A DNA stretch of 64,000 nucleotides from an uncultured Rhodanobacter sp. (lineage in GTDB: Bacteria; Pseudomonadota; Gammaproteobacteria; Xanthomonadales; Rhodanobacteraceae). This document shows, piece by piece, positions 9,098-17,710 of the stretch; positions within the stretch are counted from its first letter, which is position 1; each line of letters opens with the position of its first letter. The notes beneath the pieces were generated by a model. It saw only the letters and a program-made list of their open reading frames with translations. It was not told the origin of the DNA and ran no database searches. The stretch spans positions 11,087 through 75,086 of the forward strand of contig CAZAXF010000003.1 in NCBI GenBank assembly GCA_964489055.1, given 5' to 3'. The position numbers and the translations under genes were made by a program.

Positions 9098-10918
9098 TCA
9101 GCCGGCGAAGAAGGCCTCGAACTTCGCGATGGTGGTGAACGTCGCCGCGCCGCCGGGCTTGCCGACGATGCGTACCCCGTCGCCCCGCGTCGGCGCGAAG
9201 TCGAGCACGTAGCGCCGGTTGGGGCCGGCGCTGCGGTCACGGGGGTAGGGCGGGCTGACGTGCAGCCGTCGCACATCGAACCAGCGGCCATCGCGGCGGA
9301 CCTGGACCTTCAGGGTGTCGAACCAGCCGCCGTCCGCGAACGTTTCGCCGCTGGTGTAGACGACCCGGTCGAGGTGATACATGCACGTCCAGGTCACGCC
9401 CCAGAAGTCCGCGGGTTTGTCGGCCTCGCAGTCGAAGCTGCTCTCGACGGCGCCGGCGCGGCCGTAGCGAGCGCACTTCTCGATCGCGACCGCGCCTGTG
9501 CCGTGGGCCGCGAGGTCCAGGTCGGGGTCGGGCCTGTTGTGCGGCTCCGTGGGCGTGAACGGCTCGACCCGCAGCCGGCGCAGCCCGAAGTTGTAGTTCG
9601 GCTTGCCGCAGGCGAAGTTCCAGCGCTTCCAGGTGCTGGTCTGCACCCACATGCTGCGGCCGTCCGCACTGATGTATTTGGAAGGAATCGTGGTGGGATA
9701 ACCGCCGACGCGCAGGCCGGGGCAGTCGCAGGCGGGCTCGTCGCACGGCCCGTAGAACGGCGTCGCGCCGAAGTCCTTGTGCAGGAACAGCCGCCACGGG
9801 CCCCAAGGCGTGGGCGCCTCGTAGAACTCGAAGGTGTACCAGGTCCACGACGTGTAGAGGTAGCGTTTCAGCGGCGCGTTGTAGACCACGCCGCCCTGGG
9901 AGATCACCGACACGTTGCTGGCCTTCTGGTCGCCCGGCCGGCCGCCGCAGCGCAGTTTCGGATATACGGTGCGCGCATCGTGCAGCACCGGCCTGCGCGC
10001 GGCGATGTCAGGCGTCCAGCGCGGTACACCGTCCGCGTCCATGCCCGCGAAGAAGTGCCAGGCATCGCGCTGCTGGATGCGGTCCTTCGGCACCCGCGCG
10101 AGGTACAGGTCGGTGGTGGACGGCAACGCCGGGTCGGTCGGATCGCGCCAGTTGTAGTCGATGCCGTAGGCATACACGTAGCGCGAATCCTCGGGGCCCA
10201 GCACGCGGGCGTGTTCGCCGCTGCGGCCGAAATCGAGGAAGAACACCGTGGTGAAGACGTGGTCGGTGAACATCGGCGCGTCCGTCTCATGCCAGGTCCT
10301 GCCGTAGTCATCCGAGCGCACGATGGTGGCCGAGGGCGCGTCGTTGAAGCATTCGGGACAGGGCGCGGTGTGCAGCGCCTGGATGGCGAGATACAGCTCG
10401 TCGCGGCCGTCGCCATTGCCGTCGACGGCCAGCATCCCGGTGGGCTTGCGGTTGTAGTGTTTCGGGTCGGCCCAGATGCGGCCGAGCTTTTCGCCGGCGG
10501 CGACGCGCTCGCCGGTGATGCCGGTTTCCGGTGTCCCCGACAGGCGGCTGACGCAGATGTCGTGCGAGGGTGCGGGGCCGAAGCCGCGGCCGTCGCCATT
10601 GGCGGCGTAGACGTGGTCGTCGTCGGCCCAGCACGAGGGCCAGAGGTCGCCGTCACTGGCGGTGGTGACCGAATAGCAGTATTCGACCCATGCGGTGGCA
10701 AAGAAACGGCTGTCGGGATCGACCACGCCGGCGATGCCGGCGGCGCCGGCCCGCGTGTCCGCGCCCATTGCGACGGCCGCGGCGATGGCGTGCGCGAGCC
10801 GCTGCGGCAGGCCGGCGCCCACCACGGCCGCGGCCGCCAGGCCGGAGGCCCGAAGGAACGCGCGGCGGCCGGGGCTCCCCGGCACCGCGGCGGATGGATC
10901 GGTATTGTGTCGGGCCAT
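9098..10918 (-). CDS. Tat-exported hypothetical protein, candidate novel glycosidase (propeller-like body plus C-terminal galactose-binding-like domain)
   Basis: 606 aa with the twin-arginine signal SPGRRAFLRASGLAAAAVVGAG. The WADDDHVYAANGDGRGFG and SDDYGRTW motifs are reminiscent of DUF4185/sialidase-like folds (uncertain). The C-terminus GGWFDTLKVQVRRDGRWFDV...GVRIVGKPGG...FTTIAKFEAF resembles a binding-module beta-sandwich. Confidence 0.7.
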   Translation of the reverse strand: MARHNTDPSAAVPGSPGRRAFLRASGLAAAAVVGAGLPQRLAHAIAAAVAMGADTRAGAAGIAGVVDPDSRFFATAWVEYCYSVTTASDGDLWPSCWADDDHVYAANGDGRGFGPAPSHDICVSRLSGTPETGITGERVAAGEKLGRIWADPKHYNRKPTGMLAVDGNGDGRDELYLAIQALHTAPCPECFNDAPSATIVRSDDYGRTWHETDAPMFTDHVFTTVFFLDFGRSGEHARVLGPEDSRYVYAYGIDYNWRDPTDPALPSTTDLYLARVPKDRIQQRDAWHFFAGMDADGVPRWTPDIAARRPVLHDARTVYPKLRCGGRPGDQKASNVSVISQGGVVYNAPLKRYLYTSWTWYTFEFYEAPTPWGPWRLFLHKDFGATPFYGPCDEPACDCPGLRVGGYPTTIPSKYISADGRSMWVQTSTWKRWNFACGKPNYNFGLRRLRVEPFTPTEPHNRPDPDLDLAAHGTGAVAIEKCARYGRAGAVESSFDCEADKPADFWGVTWTCMYHLDRVVYTSGETFADGGWFDTLKVQVRRDGRWFDVRRLHVSPPYPRDRSAGPNRRYVLDFAPTRGDGVRIVGKPGGAATFTTIAKFEAFFAG

Positions 10919-10982
10919 GCGCGGTCTCCTGGCCGGATGCGAGCTGGCCGCGGGCGCCCGGCCGGTGAGGCCCGCGGTCCCA

Positions 10983-11140
10983 TCAGTTGCCGGTGCGCGT
11001 TTCCAGCATCGCTACCGCCGTCAAGGTTTTGCCTTCGACGGATGCCAGGAACGCGCCGCCGCCGGTCGAGACGAGGGGGGACCCGGTCGGCGACGCGGTA
11101 CTTGTCGAGCGCCGCGACGGTATCGCCGTCACCGGTGATC
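10983..11140 (-). pseudogene. pgk: Relic of a phosphoglycerate kinase 3' end (last ~52 codons, +1 frameshift)
   Basis: The reverse strand reads ITGDGDTVAALDKYRVADRV / (frameshift in the GGGGGG run at ~11075) / [28 protein letters not shown]. The intact Pgk C-terminus (23294-) reads [51 protein letters not shown]. Confidence 0.8.
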
Positions 11141-11151
11141 TAAGGTGCGAC

Positions 11152-14100
11152 TCAGAACCGCACGCCCATCTCGAATTTGAGTGTGCGGGGCACGTAGGTG
11201 ATGTTGCCGATCGTGTTGTAGGTTACGACGGTTGTGCCCGGCCCACCGGTGGTCACGACCCGGTAGCCGTTGAAGTTCCTGAAGTTGAACGCGTTCAAGA
11301 GGTCGAGGCGGGCGTACAGCGTGGTGCCGTGGCCCAGCTGGAAGTTCTTGGTGACCTGGAAGTCCACGTCCCGGTATCCCCAGATCTTGCCGCCGACTAT
11401 GAACCTGCCGCCGCTCGATGGGGTGATTCCCTCCGCCACGCAATGGCCGCCGTTGGCGAAGGTAACGGACTGGCCGCCACCCTGCCTTACGAAAGCCGAG
11501 TTCGGCCCGTAGCAGGAGATGCCGTTCCAGGGTGTCGGTGTGGCCAAGGTCAGCTTGGCGCCGAATACCAGCCCCCACGGCCCGGCCAGCGAACCCGTGG
11601 CCACGATGCGGTGCTTGGGCGCCGCGTTGGAGAGGATAAACGGGTAATCCTGGACGGTCGGATAGTCGAAGGAGTAGTGCTCGTTGATGTCGCGGTTCTG
11701 CTTGGCGTCGGTGAAGGTATAGGCGATGGTCGCGCCCCAGCCGGATTCCTTCGTGAACGGCTTGCTCGCCGAAAACAGGAACTCCGTGCTGCGGACCTCG
11801 ATGCCGTTGTTGCCGAGGATCAGGCCGCCGAAACCGGGAATGCTCTGGCCGAATTGATTGCCGTTCGGGCCAAAGAATGAACCGTCCGGATAGCGTCCGC
11901 CCAAGGTGAAGGCGAAGCCGCGGTGATAGAGCGTACGCACGACGGTGGCATCGGTCTGCCAGGCGCCGATGCGGTTGCGCATGCCGAGGCTGAACTTGTC
12001 GGTGTACGGCGGCTTGAGGTTGTTGTTGAGCATGTCGACCTCACCGCCATTCGTCGCCTGTACCAGCGCCTGCAGGTTCGCGAGCCCATTCAGGTAATCA
12101 GGATTCCACGCGAAACAGGGGGTCGAATCGTTGAAGCATTTGCCGGTCGCCGGATCCTGGAAATAGACCGTGAACTGCGGCAGCGCCGACTTGGTGGTCT
12201 CGAGCTGCATGTAGTTGTACAGGTTGCGGTCGTAGGCACGCCCCGCGCCGCCGTGGATTACATGTGCCTGGTCACCATCGATGTCGTAGGAGAAGCCGAG
12301 GCGTGGTTGCCATTCGCCCTTGTAGCCGTGGCGGTTGTGGCCGGTGCTGATGTAATCGTTGATGTTGATGCCGCCCATCGCCAATGCCTGGGCAAAGGTT
12401 TCGCCGGGTGCGGCGCTTGGCCGGTTGTACGGACTGTTGAGGGCGGCGATCACGTTCGCCGGCGTCACAAAATCGGTATACGAAGGGTCGTCCTCGTAAT
12501 CCCAGCGTACGCCCAGGTTCAGCAGCAATTTGTCGGTGACTTGCCAATCATCCTGGATATAGGCGCCGTACTGCTTGTCCTTGGTGACCACGGTCGGGGT
12601 GAGGCCGAGGCCGGCCACGGGTTTGGTGAAGAATGCCTTCCAGGGTGTGTCCTCGGCTCCCGACGCCGTAACGTTGTAGCTGAACTGCGGGTTCACGTCG
12701 GCTGCATCGGCCGCCGTGAGGGTCAGGTCACGGTAGTCGAAACCCACCTTGATGACGTGGTGGCCGTGCCAGTCGATGGTGTCGAACGTGAGGTCGTCCT
12801 TGAACGTCCAGCCTTCCTGCCCCTTGTTCTGAGCGGCCAATGGCGTGGCCGGCCCCGTGCGGATGATGACGGGTCGCCGCGGCCTGCCGCCCCACGTGTA
12901 GACCGAGCCATTGCCGAATGCCAGCGGCGTCGGATGGAAGAACGAGTACTGGTGCTCGATGTTCACCTCGTTGAACCAGCGATCGGCACTGTGATCCCAC
13001 GTGAGCTTGTAGCGCTTGTCGGTATTGTTGTTGTCGACGCCGGCAGAGGCCGCGGTGACGCCGCCCACGTCCTTGCGCGAATGCTCGTTGCGCACGCTCG
13101 CGGTCAGTATGAGCGTATCCCGGTCGGTCGGTTCCCAATCCAGTTTGCCGAAATACAGGTCCTCGTTGAACGGAAGATTCGCGGGACCCAGTTGCGCGGC
13201 GACGTCGGCCGGGAGGTATTGGGCACCATCGGCGGAATTGGAGTTGGGCGTGACGGTGATCGGCGTGTTGAACCGCTTGCCGGCATAGGTCACGAAGAAG
13301 TGCATCCGATTTTTGATGATCGGACCGCCCAGCGCGAAGCCGAACTCACGCTCATAAGAGGGGATTTTCTTGCCGGAATTGTTCTCCGCCGGCGTGCGTG
13401 CCCGGAATTTGCTGCTGGTATATCGGTCGAAAACCTCGCCATGGAATTCGTTGGTGCCGGACTTGGTGACGGCAGTGATCGCAGCGCTCCCGAGCTGCGA
13501 GTACTCGGCCTTGTAGCTGGCAGTGATCACGCGGTATTGGCCGATCGCCAGTTCCGGGAACGGGTTGCCCTGGCTGGCGTGCTGGCCGGCAATCGCGCCG
13601 CCCATCACGTAGCTCTTCCGACTGACGCCGTCGATGTAGACGTTGATCTGACTGTCGTTGAGGGCACCTGCGCGCAGTGAAGTAGTGCCGTTGGGCGCAA
13701 CGCTGAACTGCATACCGGGAACGATGTCCGCGAATTCCAGGAAGTTGCGCGAGACCTGCGGGATGGTCTGGATCTGGTGTTGCGAAACCGTCTGGCCGAC
13801 CTGCGAAGTATCCACGTGCAGCAGCGGCGTGGCCACCACGTGGATGGTCTGCAGCGTTTCCGGGGCCGCCGGGGCGGGCGCGGCGGCTTCCCTGGAAAGA
13901 TTCAGGGTCGAGGTCGAGGCCACCGACAAGGTCACCGTCTGGGCGGTGCCGGGGCCGGCGTCCACGCGATAAGTGCCGGGCGGCAGTCCCACCAGCACGT
14001 AGCTGCCCGCCGAGGACGCCTTGGTGACGCGCACCGCGCCGGTGGCGACGTTGCGTGCGGTCACGGTGGCGTTCGGAGGGGCCGTGCCGCGCAGGTTGGC

Positions 14101-14208
14101 GTTGGCCGACTGGGCGAAGGATACCGACGGTCCTCCCAGCGACGCGGCGATGCCGCTCGTGATCAGCGCTGCCAGCAGTTTTTTCCGCAACTTGATTGGG
14201 TGTTTCAT
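11152..14208 (-). CDS. TonB-dependent receptor, Oar-like (N-terminal carboxypeptidase-regulatory-like domain)
   Basis: Start at MKHPIKLRKKLLAAL (ATG 14208, AGGAGG upstream) with a signal peptide ending SFAQS. It has a CarboxypepD_reg-like segment (GSYVLVGLPPGTYRVDAG), a ~1000-aa barrel and a terminal aromatic residue (...KFEMGVRF). Confidence 0.93.
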   Translation of the reverse strand: MKHPIKLRKKLLAALITSGIAASLGGPSVSFAQSANANLRGTAPPNATVTARNVATGAVRVTKASSAGSYVLVGLPPGTYRVDAGPGTAQTVTLSVASTSTLNLSREAAAPAPAAPETLQTIHVVATPLLHVDTSQVGQTVSQHQIQTIPQVSRNFLEFADIVPGMQFSVAPNGTTSLRAGALNDSQINVYIDGVSRKSYVMGGAIAGQHASQGNPFPELAIGQYRVITASYKAEYSQLGSAAITAVTKSGTNEFHGEVFDRYTSSKFRARTPAENNSGKKIPSYEREFGFALGGPIIKNRMHFFVTYAGKRFNTPITVTPNSNSADGAQYLPADVAAQLGPANLPFNEDLYFGKLDWEPTDRDTLILTASVRNEHSRKDVGGVTAASAGVDNNNTDKRYKLTWDHSADRWFNEVNIEHQYSFFHPTPLAFGNGSVYTWGGRPRRPVIIRTGPATPLAAQNKGQEGWTFKDDLTFDTIDWHGHHVIKVGFDYRDLTLTAADAADVNPQFSYNVTASGAEDTPWKAFFTKPVAGLGLTPTVVTKDKQYGAYIQDDWQVTDKLLLNLGVRWDYEDDPSYTDFVTPANVIAALNSPYNRPSAAPGETFAQALAMGGININDYISTGHNRHGYKGEWQPRLGFSYDIDGDQAHVIHGGAGRAYDRNLYNYMQLETTKSALPQFTVYFQDPATGKCFNDSTPCFAWNPDYLNGLANLQALVQATNGGEVDMLNNNLKPPYTDKFSLGMRNRIGAWQTDATVVRTLYHRGFAFTLGGRYPDGSFFGPNGNQFGQSIPGFGGLILGNNGIEVRSTEFLFSASKPFTKESGWGATIAYTFTDAKQNRDINEHYSFDYPTVQDYPFILSNAAPKHRIVATGSLAGPWGLVFGAKLTLATPTPWNGISCYGPNSAFVRQGGGQSVTFANGGHCVAEGITPSSGGRFIVGGKIWGYRDVDFQVTKNFQLGHGTTLYARLDLLNAFNFRNFNGYRVVTTGGPGTTVVTYNTIGNITYVPRTLKFEMGVRF

Positions 14209-14233
14209 GTCCCCTCCTGCACACTTGGGGTTG

Positions 14234-15280
14234 TCAGGTTGGTGTCGTCGCGAGCCGTCCGTGCCGTTTCGTGCCGGTTGCGGGCCCACGCGCGCCGCAT
14301 GACGCGCGCACCACCACCTCGCACGGCATGGTCGTCACGTCCGCTTCCGGTGTTTCCGGGTTTTCCAGTTGCATGACCAGCCGCTCCAGGGCGGCGTGCC
14401 CGAGGTCCGCGATCGCCACCCGCACGGTGGTCAGGGGCGGGTGCGTGTAGCGGGCGATCGGGATGTCGTCGAAGCCGGCCAGCGCGATTTCGTCGGGCAC
14501 CGACACGCCGGCCTCGTTGAATGCCGACAGGCAGCCGATCGCCATCATGTCGTTGGCCGCGAACACGGCGTCCGGGCGTTTGCGCGCGGACAGCAGCGCG
14601 CGTCCGGCGCGGTGGCCGGATTCCTCGGTGTAGTCGCCCTGCAGGTAACGCGCGGTCACGCCGCGTTTCCCCGCGATGGTTTCCTGGAAGCCGCGGCGGC
14701 GCTCGCGCGCGTCGTGGTTGGCGCGGGGGCCGCCGATGAACGCCAGGCGGCGATGACCGCGCGCGAGCAGGTGCCGGGCCATGGCGCTGGCGCCGCCATG
14801 GTTGTCGATGTTGACGTGGGCGCGGTGCAGGCCGTGTGGCGCGGTGTCGACCAGGACCGCCGGCAGGGTCGTGGCGAGGTACCGGCGCAGGTCGCGGGAG
14901 TCGAGGTGCGGCGACATGATGATGATGCCGTCGACCCGACCCTGCATTGCGCGCAGGGCGTCCGCGGCTTCGTCGGCGCCGCCGTGCGAACTGGAAACCA
15001 GAAGGTGCAACCCGTGCGCGCGCGCGGCGAGGTCGATGCCCCGGATCAGCTCGGAAAAGAACTCACCGAACAGGTCGGGCAGCAGCGCGCCGACCGCCAT
15101 CGTGCGCCGGGTCACCAGGCTGCGCGCGGCGCCGGTGGGAACGTAGCGAAGGCGGGCCGCGACCTGCTGGACGCGCGCGCGCGTGGCCGGCGTCACCATC
15201 GGGCTGTTATTCAACGCACGTGACACGGTCGCCACAGACACCCTTGCCTCCCGGGCGACGTCCCTGATCGTCACCGCCAC
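14234..15280 (-). CDS. LacI-family transcriptional regulator
   Basis: GTG start at 15280 (or 15274). HTH VTIRDVAREARVSVATVSRALN and a periplasmic-binding-fold core. The ORF track extends to 15412 across its own operator. Confidence 0.9.
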   Translation of the reverse strand: MAVTIRDVAREARVSVATVSRALNNSPMVTPATRARVQQVAARLRYVPTGAARSLVTRRTMAVGALLPDLFGEFFSELIRGIDLAARAHGLHLLVSSSHGGADEAADALRAMQGRVDGIIIMSPHLDSRDLRRYLATTLPAVLVDTAPHGLHRAHVNIDNHGGASAMARHLLARGHRRLAFIGGPRANHDARERRRGFQETIAGKRGVTARYLQGDYTEESGHRAGRALLSARKRPDAVFAANDMMAIGCLSAFNEAGVSVPDEIALAGFDDIPIARYTHPPLTTVRVAIADLGHAALERLVMQLENPETPEADVTTMPCEVVVRASCGARGPATGTKRHGRLATTPT

Positions 15281-15351
15281 AGTCGTCCCCCCTCCGAGCC
15301 ATCGGTCATTCGGGGTCTCCAGGTCTCCCCGGCGCCCCGGTCGAGGTCGAA

Positions 15352-15365
15352 TGTAAACGTTTTCA
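15352..15365. promoter_or_regulatory. LacI-family operator upstream of the lacI-TBDR unit
   Basis: TGTAAACGTTTTCA lies ~70 nt upstream of the LacI start. Confidence 0.6.
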
Positions 15366-15408
15366 ATGACAATTGCAAAGGCCTCCCGGTTGGTGGCCGG
15401 CCACGGCG

Positions 15409-17697
15409 TCACCCGCGCCCGGCCCGGATCGCCGGTGCGTGGCGAGGAGCCTTCGGTGGTGCGGAAGCCTTGCCGGCCGGCGTGTTCCGGTCCGGCCCGG
15501 CGGCGGCGTCCGGAACCGGCGTCACGCGCAGTGCGCCGATGTGCGCCTTGTTCAGCGGTCCGCTGGCGCCGCCCTGGCCGGCCGTGTAATGGGAAAAATG
15601 CGCAAGGTCACTCATGTTGAAGCCCTGCTGCAGCGAGAACGTGCAACGGGCGTGGGCGGGTGCCGCAAGGGTGCCGGTGGTGGAAAGCTGCATGCCGCGG
15701 CTTTGCGGCATCACGATCGGGATCGTCTGCTGCGGAACGCTGCTGCAATCGACCACGAGCCGCTTCACGGCGGCCGTGATCCCGGTGTTGATGGGACCGT
15801 GGTCGTTGGCGTAGTCCAGCGCCACCCGGTAGCGGCCGCCGGCGGGCGCGGTCCAGCTTCGCGGCCACGGGCCGGTCACATCGAACGCGTCGCCAACGCA
15901 GGTTGCCGGGCTGGGCAGCGATTCGAGGCCGTGTTCGCCAAGGCGGGCCAGGCGAAGGCAATGGCGCGCCGGTGACGCCGGCAGCGTCCACGTCGCGCCG
16001 GGCGGGCCGTGACGGCGGCCGTCAACGTACAGCACGTTCCGGCCCCCAGCGGCGCGCACCCGCCACGTCTGGCCCTCGCGTGTCACCGTCGGCGCGGGCG
16101 GCGCTTCGGGTGCATACATCGGCGCGCCCGTGTGCAGCGGCAGCGCCGGAACGTGGACGGCTTTCAAGGCAACCGTGGTGTGCATGCCTTCCTGCGTGAC
16201 GGTGCCGGCGACCAGCAGGTTGCCGTCGAGGGATTGCGGGCGTCGCAAGGTGATGCGCCGGTGCGGCAGGTCCAGCGTGATGGTGTGGCGCTTGCCGAAC
16301 AGGGTCGGCACCAGCGACACCGGCAGCTTGGGCTCGACCTTGCCGCCGGAGGTGAGTCCGAACACGCCTTCGGTCACCATGTCCAGGTAGCCTGCGACCG
16401 ACCACAACTGGCGCGGCGAATTGACCACCGGGCCGCTCAGCCTGCCCTCGTCCACGTGCACGGCCTGGCTCAGCATGGCGTAGTTTTCCATGTTGGAACC
16501 GGCCAGCGCGGGGCCGCGCATCAGCGAGCGGACCTGGCGCGCGATCAGCGCCGGATCGTCCACCTTGCGTGCGGCGCGCAACGCGTAGGCGCTGACGAAC
16601 GGCCAGATCGCGCGGTTGTGGTAGATCGGCTGGTCGGCCCGCTCGGGCCAGATCACCGGGCTGCCGGCAGGCCACACGGGATAGTGCGCAAGCGATTGGC
16701 GCGCGCGTGCCCGATCGGCGACGCCGCTGGTGATCGCAAGCGAGATCCCCAGCAGGTCGTAGGTGTCGACCGGCAGGCCGTCGCCGCCGAGGTAGCTCAT
16801 GTACATGCCGCGATCGGCGCGCCAGAAATGCGCGTTGATGGCCTGCTTCAGTGCCGCTGCCTGCCGACGGTATCGCGCGGCGGACGAATCGTGGCGCGCG
16901 TCGGCCATCCGCGCGGCCAGGCGCAGCGCCTGGTAGTGCAGCACGTTGGTCGAGAGCGCGAAGGACTGCGCGATGAACACCACGTTGTCCTTCGTCCAGG
17001 CGGGATAGGTCTGCTCGCGCCAGTCCAGGAACGAGGTCTCGCCGCGGTACAGGCCGAGGTGCGCGTCGAAGGCGTATTCGCGATCCTGCGCGAGCGTGTC
17101 TTGCAACGCCCGCCACACCTTGCCGGCGAAGGCCTTGTCGCCGAGCAGGTGGCGCGCGCCCAGGAACCACGCGACGCGGTCGGTGCTGATGGGCCAGCTT
17201 CCGCCCGAGCCGGTGTCCTGCATGGGATAAAGCCGTCCTGAATCCGGGCCCTGCGGCACGTCTTTCGCGCGCACGCCGGAGAGCTTGAACAGCAGCGATG
17301 CGCGCGCCCGCGCCGGGTCGTAGCGCCAGATGCCGAGGTCGATCGAATACGAAGTGTCGCGCGTCCACACGTAGGGCCACTTCACGCCGGTGACGAAGCA
17401 GTGGCAGGGCATCGGCCGGCCGTGGTCGTAGGCGGGGTCGCGCACCGCCGCCACCGAATCCTCGTCCAGCTCCTGCCGCGCCATCGCGAACAGGCCGTCG
17501 AACAGCGGGCTCGCGGTGTGGGTGGCCGCGCGCGCGGGCGAAATGTCGCGCTCGCCGAACGGCCCCTTGAGCCGGTAGCCGCCGTTCGCGGTGCGCGACA
17601 TGGAAGCGGTCTGCCCGCGCCACTCGAGGCTCGCGTGCCATGCAGGCGGCGCCGGTGCGGCTGCCGTCGCCAGCGCCAGCAGGATGCCCGGGATCAT
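15409..17697 (-). CDS. Secreted (alpha/alpha)6-barrel glycoside-hydrolase-like protein with C-terminal CBM6/35-like domain; family not recognised
   Basis: 762 aa with a short N-terminal hydrophobic leader. WPYVWTRDTSYS, GETSFLDWREQTYP, IYHNRAIWPFVSAY and SPRQLWSVAGYL resemble the GH15/GH63/GDE_C six-hairpin clan. The C-terminus reads YRVALDYANDHGPINTGITAAVKRLVV. Confidence 0.75.
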   Translation of the reverse strand: MIPGILLALATAAAPAPPAWHASLEWRGQTASMSRTANGGYRLKGPFGERDISPARAATHTASPLFDGLFAMARQELDEDSVAAVRDPAYDHGRPMPCHCFVTGVKWPYVWTRDTSYSIDLGIWRYDPARARASLLFKLSGVRAKDVPQGPDSGRLYPMQDTGSGGSWPISTDRVAWFLGARHLLGDKAFAGKVWRALQDTLAQDREYAFDAHLGLYRGETSFLDWREQTYPAWTKDNVVFIAQSFALSTNVLHYQALRLAARMADARHDSSAARYRRQAAALKQAINAHFWRADRGMYMSYLGGDGLPVDTYDLLGISLAITSGVADRARARQSLAHYPVWPAGSPVIWPERADQPIYHNRAIWPFVSAYALRAARKVDDPALIARQVRSLMRGPALAGSNMENYAMLSQAVHVDEGRLSGPVVNSPRQLWSVAGYLDMVTEGVFGLTSGGKVEPKLPVSLVPTLFGKRHTITLDLPHRRITLRRPQSLDGNLLVAGTVTQEGMHTTVALKAVHVPALPLHTGAPMYAPEAPPAPTVTREGQTWRVRAAGGRNVLYVDGRRHGPPGATWTLPASPARHCLRLARLGEHGLESLPSPATCVGDAFDVTGPWPRSWTAPAGGRYRVALDYANDHGPINTGITAAVKRLVVDCSSVPQQTIPIVMPQSRGMQLSTTGTLAAPAHARCTFSLQQGFNMSDLAHFSHYTAGQGGASGPLNKAHIGALRVTPVPDAAAGPDRNTPAGKASAPPKAPRHAPAIRAGRG

Positions 17698-17710
17698 GCC
17701 GGCATACCGG

